Shown here: one piece after another, positions 1-8,994 of the stretch
Numbering within the stretch: position 1 is the stretch's first letter
How the letters are laid out: each line of letters starts with the position of its first letter
Source of the DNA: Candidatus Iainarchaeum sp.
Lineage (GTDB): Archaea; Iainarchaeota; Iainarchaeia; Iainarchaeales; JAFCCJ01
Direction: 5' to 3'
Assembly: GCA_043816965.1 (NCBI GenBank)
Contig: JBDRHK010000046.1
Location: 1-15,788 of the forward strand
Length of the DNA stretch: 15,788 nt
Program-made: the position numbers and the translations under genes
Notes under the pieces: model-generated
What the model saw: the letters and a program-made list of their open reading frames with translations, nothing else
Databases searched by the model: none
What the model was told of the DNA's origin: nothing

Positions 1-501
1 AGCTGCCTTGACTTTACAGGTGTGCCTGTGTATGAGGCATTTGATTATTCGCCTGACAGGGCTGCAAAAGAGAGTGACCTGCTCAATTGGGCGAACTCAT
101 ATGGTGTTGACTGGGATGAATCCCTTTACGCAGGGAATGTGTATCTGAGGACAATTATATATGGAAACCAGAAGGATGACCTTGCAATCCATGCTGAAAT
201 GCCTTTGGGGGATTTGAGTTTCCTCACCCCTGATGAAGAGGGCAAAGATGTCTCGCTGAACGGGATAAGGACAATGCCCTACAACAGGCTTGGTGCAGGG
301 GAAAATGATTTGGTGAACAGCATTGAGGATGTTTTCAATTTGGTGGAAGAGGGAAATATCTGCGTAACCAGCACAGGAAATAAGATGGAATTCTGGTGGA
401 ACCCTCAGATTATTTATGAATATGCGGGAGCCAAGAGAAGCATCCATGATGAGACTGTTGGATTGGTTGCTGATTCCACATGTATCGGATATGGCTCCTA
501 A
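1..501 (+). CDS. 3' end (5'-truncated by window edge) of a surface protein paralogous to the 2406-aa protein
   Basis: Frame is open from base 1 (SCLDFTGVPVYEAFD...) to TAA at 499-501. A manual alignment to the last ~161 aa of ORF 1030..8250 (from 7765, SCLDFSGVPVYEAFD) gives about 92 identities (~55%). Shared blocks include PDRAA, YGVDW, VYLRTI, FLTPDE, FWWNPQ, RSIH and the terminal CIG. The GTG start at 22 in the ORF track is internal. Confidence 0.93.
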   Translation, partial: SCLDFTGVPVYEAFDYSPDRAAKESDLLNWANSYGVDWDESLYAGNVYLRTIIYGNQKDDLAIHAEMPLGDLSFLTPDEEGKDVSLNGIRTMPYNRLGAGENDLVNSIEDVFNLVEEGNICVTSTGNKMEFWWNPQIIYEYAGAKRSIHDETVGLVADSTCIGYGS

Positions 502-520
502 GGATTTGCACAAATAAGGG

Positions 521-880
521 TTAGAGCAATATCTCGTCTTCTGGTTTCCAAGCAGGGTCAACGATACATAAGAAAATCAGGTCTTCTTCTCCAGAATTCT
601 TGATTCTTTGCTGAGATTTAGGAGGAATATAAATGGCTTGACCTTCTTTTACTTCAGCTGTTTTATCATCAATATACATTACACCATTCCCTTGAAGAAG
701 ATAATATACTTCCGATGTTTTGAGTTTATGATTTCTCGTGGTTTGCCCTGGTTTCAGAATTGCATGTGCCAGACTATACCTCAAATCCAAGCTATCTTTT
801 AAAGGATTGAAGAGCTCTCTTAAAACAGTGTTATCTCCTGCAATAAACTCTTTACACTTGGACAAATCTCTTATGAACAT
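521..880 (-). CDS. Cupin-domain protein (single cupin_2-type beta-barrel, 119 aa)
   Basis: Cupin motif 1 (LKPGQTTRNHKLKTSEVYYLLQGNG) and motif 2 (GQAIYIPPKSQQRIKNSG) are present. ATG at 880 is preferred to the track start at 916 because a TATA-like TTTTTTAAG lies 23-31 nt upstream on the minus strand. Confidence 0.9.
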   Translation of the reverse strand: MFIRDLSKCKEFIAGDNTVLRELFNPLKDSLDLRYSLAHAILKPGQTTRNHKLKTSEVYYLLQGNGVMYIDDKTAEVKEGQAIYIPPKSQQRIKNSGEEDLIFLCIVDPAWKPEDEILL

Positions 881-902
881 ATCCAAATAATAACACAAAA
901 AT

Positions 903-911
903 CTTAAAAAA
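903..911 (-). promoter_or_regulatory. Putative archaeal TATA box for the cupin gene (likely leaderless transcript)
   Basis: TTTTTTAAG on the minus strand, 23-31 nt upstream of ATG 880. No obvious SD sequence. Confidence 0.45.
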
Positions 912-989
912 CCCAAAAATTGTACAAAAACTCTGATTCGGAATTAAAATTGTAGTCCATTAATGTGCAAAGATAGCCCTTAAGGAACC

Positions 990-1000
990 TTAATATATAA
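990..1000 (+). promoter_or_regulatory. Putative TATA box for the giant surface-protein operon
   Basis: TTAATATATAA 30-40 nt upstream of ATG 1030 in an AT-rich intergenic region. A second TATATAA follows at about 1002-1008. Confidence 0.5.
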
Positions 1001-1029
1001 CTATATAATTAGTATTATCAGGGATAGCC

Positions 1030-4000
1030 ATGGCATCAGCTGAATCTTCTAATAACATCTACACCAAACTTGAGGACAAATGGTATGGCTTTCTGGACAA
1101 AATTAATTCCACAATTCCGATATATGGCATAATTGACCCAATAGACAAAATAATCCCCTCATTTATGCTTTTTTTGCTTGGCATAGTTTTTCTGCTTATT
1201 GTTGCAGGAGTTTTTGGAATTTTGCTGCTTGCTCCAGGCGGGCCGCAGACAGGGGAGCTGAGGCTGGAAATTATTGATGAAACCGGTGCGGGAATTGATG
1301 GTGCCTATATTTCAATAACTAATATTTCCCCCACCGCAAGTGGCTATGCTGATGGGGATGGAAAGATAACGCTTAAGGTGCCTGCGGAAACAGATTTGGA
1401 GGTGGAAATATCCAAAGGCGATTATGAAAGCGAGGACCGGACACTTAAAGTAAAGGGGGCCAAGCTTGAGAAAACAATCACCCTGCGTTTACTGCTAACT
1501 TCATCTTTCCCAAAAACCATTAAATTCACAGGGCCTGACGGCAAGAAAATTGTGAACAAGGAAATCAGGGTTGAATTCAGCTGTTCAACAGGCAAAATAA
1601 TGGAGCAATCGGAATTCTTAGTTAACAGCGGGGAGATAACCATTACTCCGCCACAGGGCTGCGGCATACTTAGCGCAAATGTAATTTCCGATGGCTATCT
1701 TTCCAACAGCTATTCCATAACCAATTCAGGGGAAATAATAAGCCTTGAAAGGGAGGATGTCCCTGAGGGAGGGATTCTTATCCATGTCAGGGATGCGGAA
1801 AACAACAATCCCTTGAGCGGGATACATGTAACAATTAGGGACGATGCAGGGATTAAGAAAGAGGGCATTACACAAACAGGGGAACTGAACCTGACTCTGG
1901 AGGTTGGCAGCTACTATGCAAGCTTTTCTGATGACACATTAAACTATGCGACAAAAACCATTAATTTTACCATAACTGAGGGGGATATTGAGAGCATAAC
2001 CGCAAGGCTGACAAAAGATGTCAAGGCGTTTTTAAGGGTCAGGGTTATCGATGACAACAATGATGAGTTGATTCCAAGGGCAAAGATTGTTGTAAGGGAT
2101 GGGGATGGGAAAACAATTGATGAGCAAATTAGTGATTTCAATGGCAATGTGGTTTCTTTCCCTATAGAGAAAAATGGATTGTATTACATCAGCGCCTCTG
2201 CCGAGGATTATGTTATGAGTGGGGAAAGGGAGGTTGATTTGACAGCAAAATCAGATGCCGCAACAGTTGAGGAAACAATTGCCCTGGAAAGCTGCACCCC
2301 CGCAACCTGTGGAAGGGTTAGGGTAAGGGTTTATGATGAGGACCGTCTGGCTGTTGAGAATGCAAGGGTTTCCTTCTATAATGCTGAAACAGGGTTTTTG
2401 GTTGCCGCACTGGGAACTGAAATAACTGATGTTAATGGCGAGGCTGAATTCACAGGAATTCCCTCAGGAGAGTATTATGCAATCGCGCAGAAATACCCTT
2501 CTTCAGGAACATCTGAAACAAAGGCCATTGCGCAAAGTGAAGTTACGGAATTCACTGTCTGGCTTGAGATAGGGGATGGGGTGCTTGAGATAAAGGCAAG
2601 GGATGATGATGGAATGCCTGTTCCCTTTGCATTTGCGGAGCTGAAAAGCGAGGGAGGGGAGGAATTGGGAATTATTCCCCTTGATGCCGAGGGCTATGGC
2701 GCTTATCCATCAAAGGCGGACAAAAGGCTTTATGTAAGGGTTTATGCCGAGGGCTACACCTCATGGACATCAACTGCGCAGCAGATTGTGAAAGGGCAGA
2801 CTGTTTCTGTTGATGCCATCCTTGTGGAGGAAATTTTGGGGGATTCTCCTAGTGCAGAATTGATAGGAGTTTTCAGGGAGGGAAGCAAATCTGCGGTTGA
2901 CAAGCTTGAGGCAGGAAAAACCTATATTGCGAGATTTTCCATAACAGTTCCAAGCGAAACAGATTTCGAATATCTGGGTTTGCATGTGAGAACAGGGCAG
3001 ATGGAAAAACTGGAAAAGGACCAGATTTTCATAAATTATGTAAATGCCCCGAATGCGTCTGTAATAAAGGCCACAACTTACACACCCCCAAATGGCTATT
3101 CATTTGATGAACTCCATGTGACAAACGGCGATGCAAAGTGGGCAAACGCGGTATTTGGAAGATGGGTTAACCCCGGGATTTACAATGTTGAAGTTGAATT
3201 GAAGGTAAGGGCCGACACAACTCCAGGTTATGTGCTGCCATTGCACTACCGTGTATGGGCAGTTACAGAAGATAATGAATTTTTAAGGGCGCCATATGAT
3301 GAGGAACTTGGGTTTAGTGAAAGTGCCGCCGGAAAACATGCATTGTATGCAAAGGCATTTGACAAGTTCTATGTTGAATCCGCGCCTGAAATCTGCGACG
3401 ATGATTTCTGCTACAGTGAGCGCGTGATTGACATCTCCCAGGATTTAATTCTGGGCGACTCCCCCTATGCACTGAACCTGTTCGATGATTTTAATGTTGT
3501 TTTCTCAATCACCAACAATTCAAGGACTGTGCATAATGATTCAAATTTGAGGCTGAAAAACACCATGGACGGGGCCACGGTTGATGACACATTGAGCATT
3601 GAAAGCTACAGGGTAACAAATGCCGATGAGGAGAGCTTTTCCTCGGATTTGCCTGTTTATGAATTTGCGGATTCAATTGACCTTGGAAATTTCACCCAGA
3701 ACAAATCTGTAAGAGGTTCACTTGTCCTGAAACCAAAGAAGGTTGGCGAGAGCCAGATTCAGGTAAGGGTTGTAAGCGATATGGCCCAGGTTTTTGAAAA
3801 GATTATCCCTTTCACTGTTTACAGTTCTGAGGATTTGAATGTAAGTGTCTGGCCGGATAATCTGCCGGCTTTTGTTGATATTGCCCTGAGGATTAGTGTG
3901 GAACTTGAGGGAGGGGATGATGATGGCCTGGAGATTGAGGATGCATTTGTGAGGGTTACAAGAATTGCCCCTGATAAATCCGAGACTGAGTTTAGCGATT

Positions 4001-7000
4001 TCACTTCTCCCGCAGGGGAGGCTAATTTCACAATTCCTGCCTCTTCCCCTGGAACTAAAATTATTGTTGAGGTTGAGAAGGCCGGCCATAAAAGCGAGAA
4101 AATAACAAAGGAAATCAGCAGGAATATTATTGAATTTAAGCCGAAAACCCTGGAAAGCAATCTGGATGTCAGCGATATTACTGAGGAATTCCTTGAGCTT
4201 GAGCTGAAGAATCTGGTTCCGCCAACACTTAAGATTGTTGAACTCAGGTTTTCGGGAAATTTCCAGGGGCTGCTTGATGAGGAAAAGATGGGGAACTGGC
4301 TGCAGCAGTATGAGCAATACCTTGAGCTTGAGCATATGGATGTTGAAACAATCCAGGTGCAGACCGCGATAAGTGATGAGGCAAAACTTATAACTAAAAA
4401 CAAGGAGCTGGCTGGGAGTCTGCTTATTGATGTGAACAATCTTGGGGACACCGCAAGCTATCCCTTTGTGGTGCCTGTAACAGTTAATGTTTCCCTTGGG
4501 CAGAAGCCATCCAATGCCCCATGCATCACTGTTTCCTTGAAGGAATGGAAGGACTCGGCCCTTGAGGAAAAGATTTCCAGGGAATTCGAAATAGAGAACA
4601 ATTGCCTTAACAAGAACAATGAGCCAATGCAGCTTCGGAACCTCCAGGCAAGGATTGTCTGGAAGGGCAACAATCTGGGGAATGTTGAGCTGCTTATAAG
4701 CGACCCTGAAAACGGGAGCCAGTCCGAGATTTTGAAAGAAACTGTTTACACCACATTTTTTGAGGGAATTCCCCCTGAACACACCTATAACGCAACCCTT
4801 TCCTTCACCCCAAAAGTGGGCCATTTGGGTGAAACCGCCAAATTTGATGTTGAGATTGATGCAGAACTAATTACATCCTCAGGAAATCAGTTGGTTGGGG
4901 CAAGCAATTCAGTGGATGCCGAACTGCTTATTATAAACCTCAGCAAGTGCATTAAGTTTGACCCAAATCCGGAAATGGGAATTAAGATTGATAGTGATGA
5001 GGAGGAGACTGAATTCAGCATCGATACAAGTGGCTGCGGGGATATTGACATTGACCTCAAGTTTTGCGATTCTGGGAGGGATAATTGCAGGGGAGGGGCA
5101 AGTGAGGGAAGCATTCTTGTCCATCCATGGAGTTTCACTGATGTCAGTTCAGGGGATGAAAAAACAGTGAGGGTAACAAGGCAGGAGATTCCGGGAATTT
5201 ACGGGATTAATATTGATGCAAGGCCTGCCGGCGGGGGATTCAGGCAGGTTGCTGTAATGGATGTAATAATTGAGCCTGATGGGCATTCCTTCTTTGAAAT
5301 GGGCAAATATGATTTCTCGATTGTGGGAGATGGGGCAATGGATGCCACAACCCTTTACAACCACATGGTTGAGGAGCAGGTTTATGTCAGGGCAGACCAG
5401 TGCTCATGGGGAACGGCAATCGATAACCAATACTGGGGAGCTGCCGGTTTATTGATGAGCGCTGCAGGGGCAGGGATGATTGCTGCGAGTGCGATGACTG
5501 TTGGAGCAGCTACAACAGTTACTTATGCTAGTGGATTAGTCATTAGCAATGCAGTAATAGGGGCAGGAAGTCAAATAATAGGAGGTACTGTTACTGCAAC
5601 AGGATATTCTGGTGCGCCGTTAGGTCTTACATACAGTTCAGCATCTCCTATGGCGCTATCAGGGGGCGTTGTTGAAACAGTACCAGGCACAACCTTAGGC
5701 TCATCAACCACGGCAGGCAGCACCTCAATGGGCGCCTTGGGCGCGCAGCTGCTGGCGGTGGGGCTTATTATCCTGATTTTATACCTCACAGGAATTATTG
5801 GGCCTGCGGATTGTGAGGATGTTTTCCTGACCAATCCCCTGCCGGATTATGTGGTGAATTTGGCTGGAACTGATGATTTGCCTGCAGATGCAAGGGCAAT
5901 AATTATGGACAGAGGTGAAATTGACTCTGAATTCAATTTAGATGTAAGGGATATTTATGCCGAGGGTGCCCACAACACCGAGGAGGTTGGGATGGTTTTC
6001 ACAAATGAGGGAATCAGTGAGGGTGAACCGGTTTATTCATTGGCGAGAGTGCGTTTTACTGAGCACATACATGGCGATGACAGCCATAGCGATTCGGCTT
6101 CGGATTATGATGTGGAATGTAGTAACGGGAGCTTCGCCCCTTACTGGATTGGCGGTGAATCCAGCCAGGGCTCGTGCAATGGTGTGCGCGAAATAAGCTC
6201 TGAGGAGAAATTCCACTTAAGGTTTAAAACGCTGGATATGGTGGAATCCCTCCCTGAAGTAAATTTCGATACATTTGCATGTGCAAATGGTTTGCAGATA
6301 GGAAGGAGCGGTGAAGGGGCCCTTCCAAGGGTGAAACTGAACTGGGAATGGACAGAGCCCAAAGGCATTGCATATGATGAATGTGATTCAGGCAATGCGG
6401 ATTACATTTACTGCGACGCCGCCCAATTTACGATTGAGACCAACAAGAGGTTGAAAAGGCTTTATGAATTCCTGCAGGCAAACAATTTCGACCTGCGGTG
6501 CCCGAAGCAAATTGAATCCACAGGCATAAAAGGATTCAATGACACCAATTCAACACATGCTGTTGAGCCAGATAGTATAGGTTTGCAAAGTATTTCTGCC
6601 ACAAAAACCGTAAATTCGGCACAAGTCGTGGCAACAGTGAGGAACAATAATGCCATCCCGGCCGGTGCAACAGTTCATATTATCCTTACAGGCCAGGGGG
6701 CGCCAAGCCTTGAATGTGATGCATTGGTTGTCGGCCTGGCGCAAAATGGTGCTGAAAGTGCCAGCTGTAATTTCACACCATTGGAGGAAACGGTTTATGT
6801 TGCAACTGCAATTATTAGTGCCAGCAATGTGGATATTGACACAACCCCTGTTTCTGTTGGGTTCATAATAGGTGAATCCGGGGTGGCACTGGATTGCGAA
6901 TTGCCAAGAACGACAGAAACCCTCTATGGAGAACCGATGATTAACAGGTTTATTGACGCAGACCAGACAGTAAACTGGACATCCGCCATTCCGAACAAGG

Positions 7001-8250
7001 AAACACTGAATGATTTGCTGAAATTCAATGCCTATTTGATTAAGGATTCCTACAGCCCTGACTTTATGAATGATTTCGTTAATTACTACACTTCAAGCCC
7101 GTTGGCAGATACCCCCACATTTTTCACAGATTATGAATTTGACAGGATAATGCGCTATGGGGCATTGCAGGTCAGGCAGAAATATATTGAATCCTACCAG
7201 CTCTCTGCCCCTGGTTTGTATGATGTGGAAATTGCGGCATACTTTGATGATGACTGGCGCTTTATAGATGTGGACGGAAATGTTTCTGTTTCAGTGGCAG
7301 TGGTGTTGCAGCATATTGATGACCCCTCCCCCAACAGCCCGTTCTACAGCATGCCATTTGATGGGCTTGTGGGTTTGGAGGGGAACAGCTTCAACAGGCA
7401 ACTTTATGGGGCTGCATTCATTAATGAAAATATTGAGGATCTTGTAAGGATAGATGAGAATGAAACCCCATTGAACACTTTCCCAGATACTGGCTCAAAT
7501 CCTGTGGCAACTGTAAAGGTTGAGATTGAGGACAGCATATATAATCTCAATTCAGCCCTTGGCACAAGGGGCGAGGTTTTGGCCATAGAAAACAAGTCAG
7601 GCGGGGTTAAGGAATTGACCTTCTCCCCATCACTTGCAACGCCAGTGATGCTTAAAGCAAGCAGCGAAATAACAGATGAGCCGCTTTCAGTATTTTATGG
7701 GGCAAGCGTAAACGACGCCACTGTGGAGGTTGGGGGCACTCTCACCTACTGGAGCGGGGCAGGAAGCTGCCTTGATTTTTCAGGAGTGCCGGTTTATGAG
7801 GCGTTTGATGAGAAGCCGGACAGGGCGGCAACAGACAAGGACAGGCTGCAGTTCTGGACAACGATTTATGGGGTGGATTGGGCAAATATGAATTATTCAG
7901 GCGATGTATATCTAAGGACAATCTTTTACAGCTCCCCTGAGGGAGATTCATTGCTCCAGGCAACCTATCCTTTGGATCAAATGGAATTCCTTACGCCTGA
8001 TGAAACAGGGGATTCTGTTGCACTGAATGGGATCAGCACAATGGCTTACAATGGAAATGACACCATCAATTCCATACAGGATGTGTTTGATTTGGTTGGG
8101 GAAGGGCAGCTCTGCGCAACCAATTCAGGAAATAAAACCACATTCTGGTGGAACCCGCAGGATGTTTACCTGCAGCAGGGAAGCCGGAGAAGCATACATG
8201 GCTTAACTGAGGGATTGGCTGCAGGGGAAAGCTGCATAGGCTTTGATTAG
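1030..8250 (+). CDS. Giant (2406 aa) membrane-anchored cell-surface glycoprotein with tandem carboxypeptidase-regulatory-like/PEGA-like beta-sandwich repeats
   Basis: Uninterrupted 7.2-kb ORF. N-terminal TM segment (FMLFLLGIVFLLIVAGVFGILLL). About six tandem ~85-aa units (~1255-2826) with patterns like VRVYDEDRLAVENARV...TDVNGEAEFTGIPSGEY, and one more near 3925-4100. Asp/Glu-rich, with many N-x-S/T sequons and paired cysteines. Internal hydrophobic region at 5425-5808. C-terminal domain shared with the upstream paralogue. Confidence 0.88.
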   Translation: MASAESSNNIYTKLEDKWYGFLDKINSTIPIYGIIDPIDKIIPSFMLFLLGIVFLLIVAGVFGILLLAPGGPQTGELRLEIIDETGAGIDGAYISITNISPTASGYADGDGKITLKVPAETDLEVEISKGDYESEDRTLKVKGAKLEKTITLRLLLTSSFPKTIKFTGPDGKKIVNKEIRVEFSCSTGKIMEQSEFLVNSGEITITPPQGCGILSANVISDGYLSNSYSITNSGEIISLEREDVPEGGILIHVRDAENNNPLSGIHVTIRDDAGIKKEGITQTGELNLTLEVGSYYASFSDDTLNYATKTINFTITEGDIESITARLTKDVKAFLRVRVIDDNNDELIPRAKIVVRDGDGKTIDEQISDFNGNVVSFPIEKNGLYYISASAEDYVMSGEREVDLTAKSDAATVEETIALESCTPATCGRVRVRVYDEDRLAVENARVSFYNAETGFLVAALGTEITDVNGEAEFTGIPSGEYYAIAQKYPSSGTSETKAIAQSEVTEFTVWLEIGDGVLEIKARDDDGMPVPFAFAELKSEGGEELGIIPLDAEGYGAYPSKADKRLYVRVYAEGYTSWTSTAQQIVKGQTVSVDAILVEEILGDSPSAELIGVFREGSKSAVDKLEAGKTYIARFSITVPSETDFEYLGLHVRTGQMEKLEKDQIFINYVNAPNASVIKATTYTPPNGYSFDELHVTNGDAKWANAVFGRWVNPGIYNVEVELKVRADTTPGYVLPLHYRVWAVTEDNEFLRAPYDEELGFSESAAGKHALYAKAFDKFYVESAPEICDDDFCYSERVIDISQDLILGDSPYALNLFDDFNVVFSITNNSRTVHNDSNLRLKNTMDGATVDDTLSIESYRVTNADEESFSSDLPVYEFADSIDLGNFTQNKSVRGSLVLKPKKVGESQIQVRVVSDMAQVFEKIIPFTVYSSEDLNVSVWPDNLPAFVDIALRISVELEGGDDDGLEIEDAFVRVTRIAPDKSETEFSDFTSPAGEANFTIPASSPGTKIIVEVEKAGHKSEKITKEISRNIIEFKPKTLESNLDVSDITEEFLELELKNLVPPTLKIVELRFSGNFQGLLDEEKMGNWLQQYEQYLELEHMDVETIQVQTAISDEAKLITKNKELAGSLLIDVNNLGDTASYPFVVPVTVNVSLGQKPSNAPCITVSLKEWKDSALEEKISREFEIENNCLNKNNEPMQLRNLQARIVWKGNNLGNVELLISDPENGSQSEILKETVYTTFFEGIPPEHTYNATLSFTPKVGHLGETAKFDVEIDAELITSSGNQLVGASNSVDAELLIINLSKCIKFDPNPEMGIKIDSDEEETEFSIDTSGCGDIDIDLKFCDSGRDNCRGGASEGSILVHPWSFTDVSSGDEKTVRVTRQEIPGIYGINIDARPAGGGFRQVAVMDVIIEPDGHSFFEMGKYDFSIVGDGAMDATTLYNHMVEEQVYVRADQCSWGTAIDNQYWGAAGLLMSAAGAGMIAASAMTVGAATTVTYASGLVISNAVIGAGSQIIGGTVTATGYSGAPLGLTYSSASPMALSGGVVETVPGTTLGSSTTAGSTSMGALGAQLLAVGLIILILYLTGIIGPADCEDVFLTNPLPDYVVNLAGTDDLPADARAIIMDRGEIDSEFNLDVRDIYAEGAHNTEEVGMVFTNEGISEGEPVYSLARVRFTEHIHGDDSHSDSASDYDVECSNGSFAPYWIGGESSQGSCNGVREISSEEKFHLRFKTLDMVESLPEVNFDTFACANGLQIGRSGEGALPRVKLNWEWTEPKGIAYDECDSGNADYIYCDAAQFTIETNKRLKRLYEFLQANNFDLRCPKQIESTGIKGFNDTNSTHAVEPDSIGLQSISATKTVNSAQVVATVRNNNAIPAGATVHIILTGQGAPSLECDALVVGLAQNGAESASCNFTPLEETVYVATAIISASNVDIDTTPVSVGFIIGESGVALDCELPRTTETLYGEPMINRFIDADQTVNWTSAIPNKETLNDLLKFNAYLIKDSYSPDFMNDFVNYYTSSPLADTPTFFTDYEFDRIMRYGALQVRQKYIESYQLSAPGLYDVEIAAYFDDDWRFIDVDGNVSVSVAVVLQHIDDPSPNSPFYSMPFDGLVGLEGNSFNRQLYGAAFINENIEDLVRIDENETPLNTFPDTGSNPVATVKVEIEDSIYNLNSALGTRGEVLAIENKSGGVKELTFSPSLATPVMLKASSEITDEPLSVFYGASVNDATVEVGGTLTYWSGAGSCLDFSGVPVYEAFDEKPDRAATDKDRLQFWTTIYGVDWANMNYSGDVYLRTIFYSSPEGDSLLQATYPLDQMEFLTPDETGDSVALNGISTMAYNGNDTINSIQDVFDLVGEGQLCATNSGNKTTFWWNPQDVYLQQGSRRSIHGLTEGLAAGESCIGFD

Positions 8251-8255
8251 GTGAT

Positions 8256-8645
8256 TTGTTGTTCCCGTTGTTTATGGAAGGGTTTTTCGAACTTTTAGGT
8301 GATTTGGACCTGATTTTGAAAATCTTTGTTTTAATGACGATTTACAGCTTTGCAAAGAACCATTTGGGGAACAATTTCCTGGCGATTATAATTGTGGGGG
8401 CATTTACTTATTTCATTTTCTTCAGCGGCCTTTGGTTCATTTTCGGGGGAATCTACCTGCTCTACATGCTCCTGACATTCGGCATTGCAGGAATCATGAT
8501 TGATTACTTCTTTGTTGGAGGGGGGCAAACAGCCGGGGAGGGCAATGAATCACCAGTGAGCAGTGGTGCGGATGTTGCAAAAAGGATGGCATCTCAAAGG
8601 GCAAGGCAGGGGCCGGCACAGCGAAGGGTTTTTGGGGGGAAATAA
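8256..8645 (+). CDS. Small multi-pass membrane protein (paralogue family member 1)
   Basis: About three hydrophobic helices plus a polar, basic C-terminal tail. An AGGTGA SD overlaps the stop of the giant gene. Start is uncertain (TTG 8256, TTG 8259 or ATG 8274). Confidence 0.85.
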   Translation: MLFPLFMEGFFELLGDLDLILKIFVLMTIYSFAKNHLGNNFLAIIIVGAFTYFIFFSGLWFIFGGIYLLYMLLTFGIAGIMIDYFFVGGGQTAGEGNESPVSSGADVAKRMASQRARQGPAQRRVFGGK

Positions 8646-8647
8646 AA

Positions 8648-8968
8648 ATGGACGACAGGGGGAATGTTGTATTTATCATTATCGGGGCCTTTATCGTTAT
8701 TGCCCTGCTTCCGCCTATACTGATGTTTCTTTTCCCGCCAATACAGATTCTTTTCCAGATAATGATGATTTTCATGCTTTATTCAATAGTCAGGGCATAT
8801 ATGGGGGATGGGCCTTTAACACTGGTGCTTAGCGCAATTCTCATCTATTTCCTTGTTTTCAAATACACATATATTTTCGCGTCATTATGGGTTTTCCAGA
8901 TGCTTTTAGGGGTGCAGTTCCTTTCAGTAGTTATCTGGGGAGTCGGAACCACTATGAGGGGGAAGTAA
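8648..8968 (+). CDS. Small multi-pass membrane protein (paralogue family member 2)
   Basis: 106 aa, almost entirely hydrophobic (~4 TM). ATG is 2 nt after the previous stop. Shares the YSxx(K/R)xx(L/M)GxxxL motif with its neighbours. Confidence 0.85.
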   Translation: MDDRGNVVFIIIGAFIVIALLPPILMFLFPPIQILFQIMMIFMLYSIVRAYMGDGPLTLVLSAILIYFLVFKYTYIFASLWVFQMLLGVQFLSVVIWGVGTTMRGK

Positions 8969-8980
8969 AAATGACTGACC

Positions 8981-8994
8981 AAAAAGGATATATA
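8981..8994 (+). promoter_or_regulatory. Possible internal BRE/TATA promoter upstream of the 9029 gene
   Basis: Purine-rich AAAAAGG followed directly by ATATATA, about 35-41 nt upstream of ATG 9029, in the only sizeable gap of the cluster. Confidence 0.4.

Noticed and set aside
1..501. Diversity-generating retroelement template/variable repeat pair (1-501 versus 7765-8250)
   Set aside because: Differences involve all four bases and include indels, rather than being adenine-specific. Both copies are coding, and there is no reverse transcriptase in the window. This is ordinary paralogy.
505..971. 8-bp inverted repeat TTTGCACA (505-512) / TGTGCAAA (964-971) flanking the cupin, with TAAGGA at 499 and 981, as mobile-element ends
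   Set aside because: The repeat does not extend, the direct repeats do not abut both ends symmetrically, and there is no transposase. It is compatible with chance.
97..7963. Antisense and alternate-frame ORFs overlapping the surface-protein genes (e.g. 97..561, 3718..4824, 3819..4451, 5571..5834)
   Set aside because: They overlap well-supported genes, show the Ser/Ile/Leu/Phe-rich composition expected of shadow ORFs, and have no recognisable motifs.
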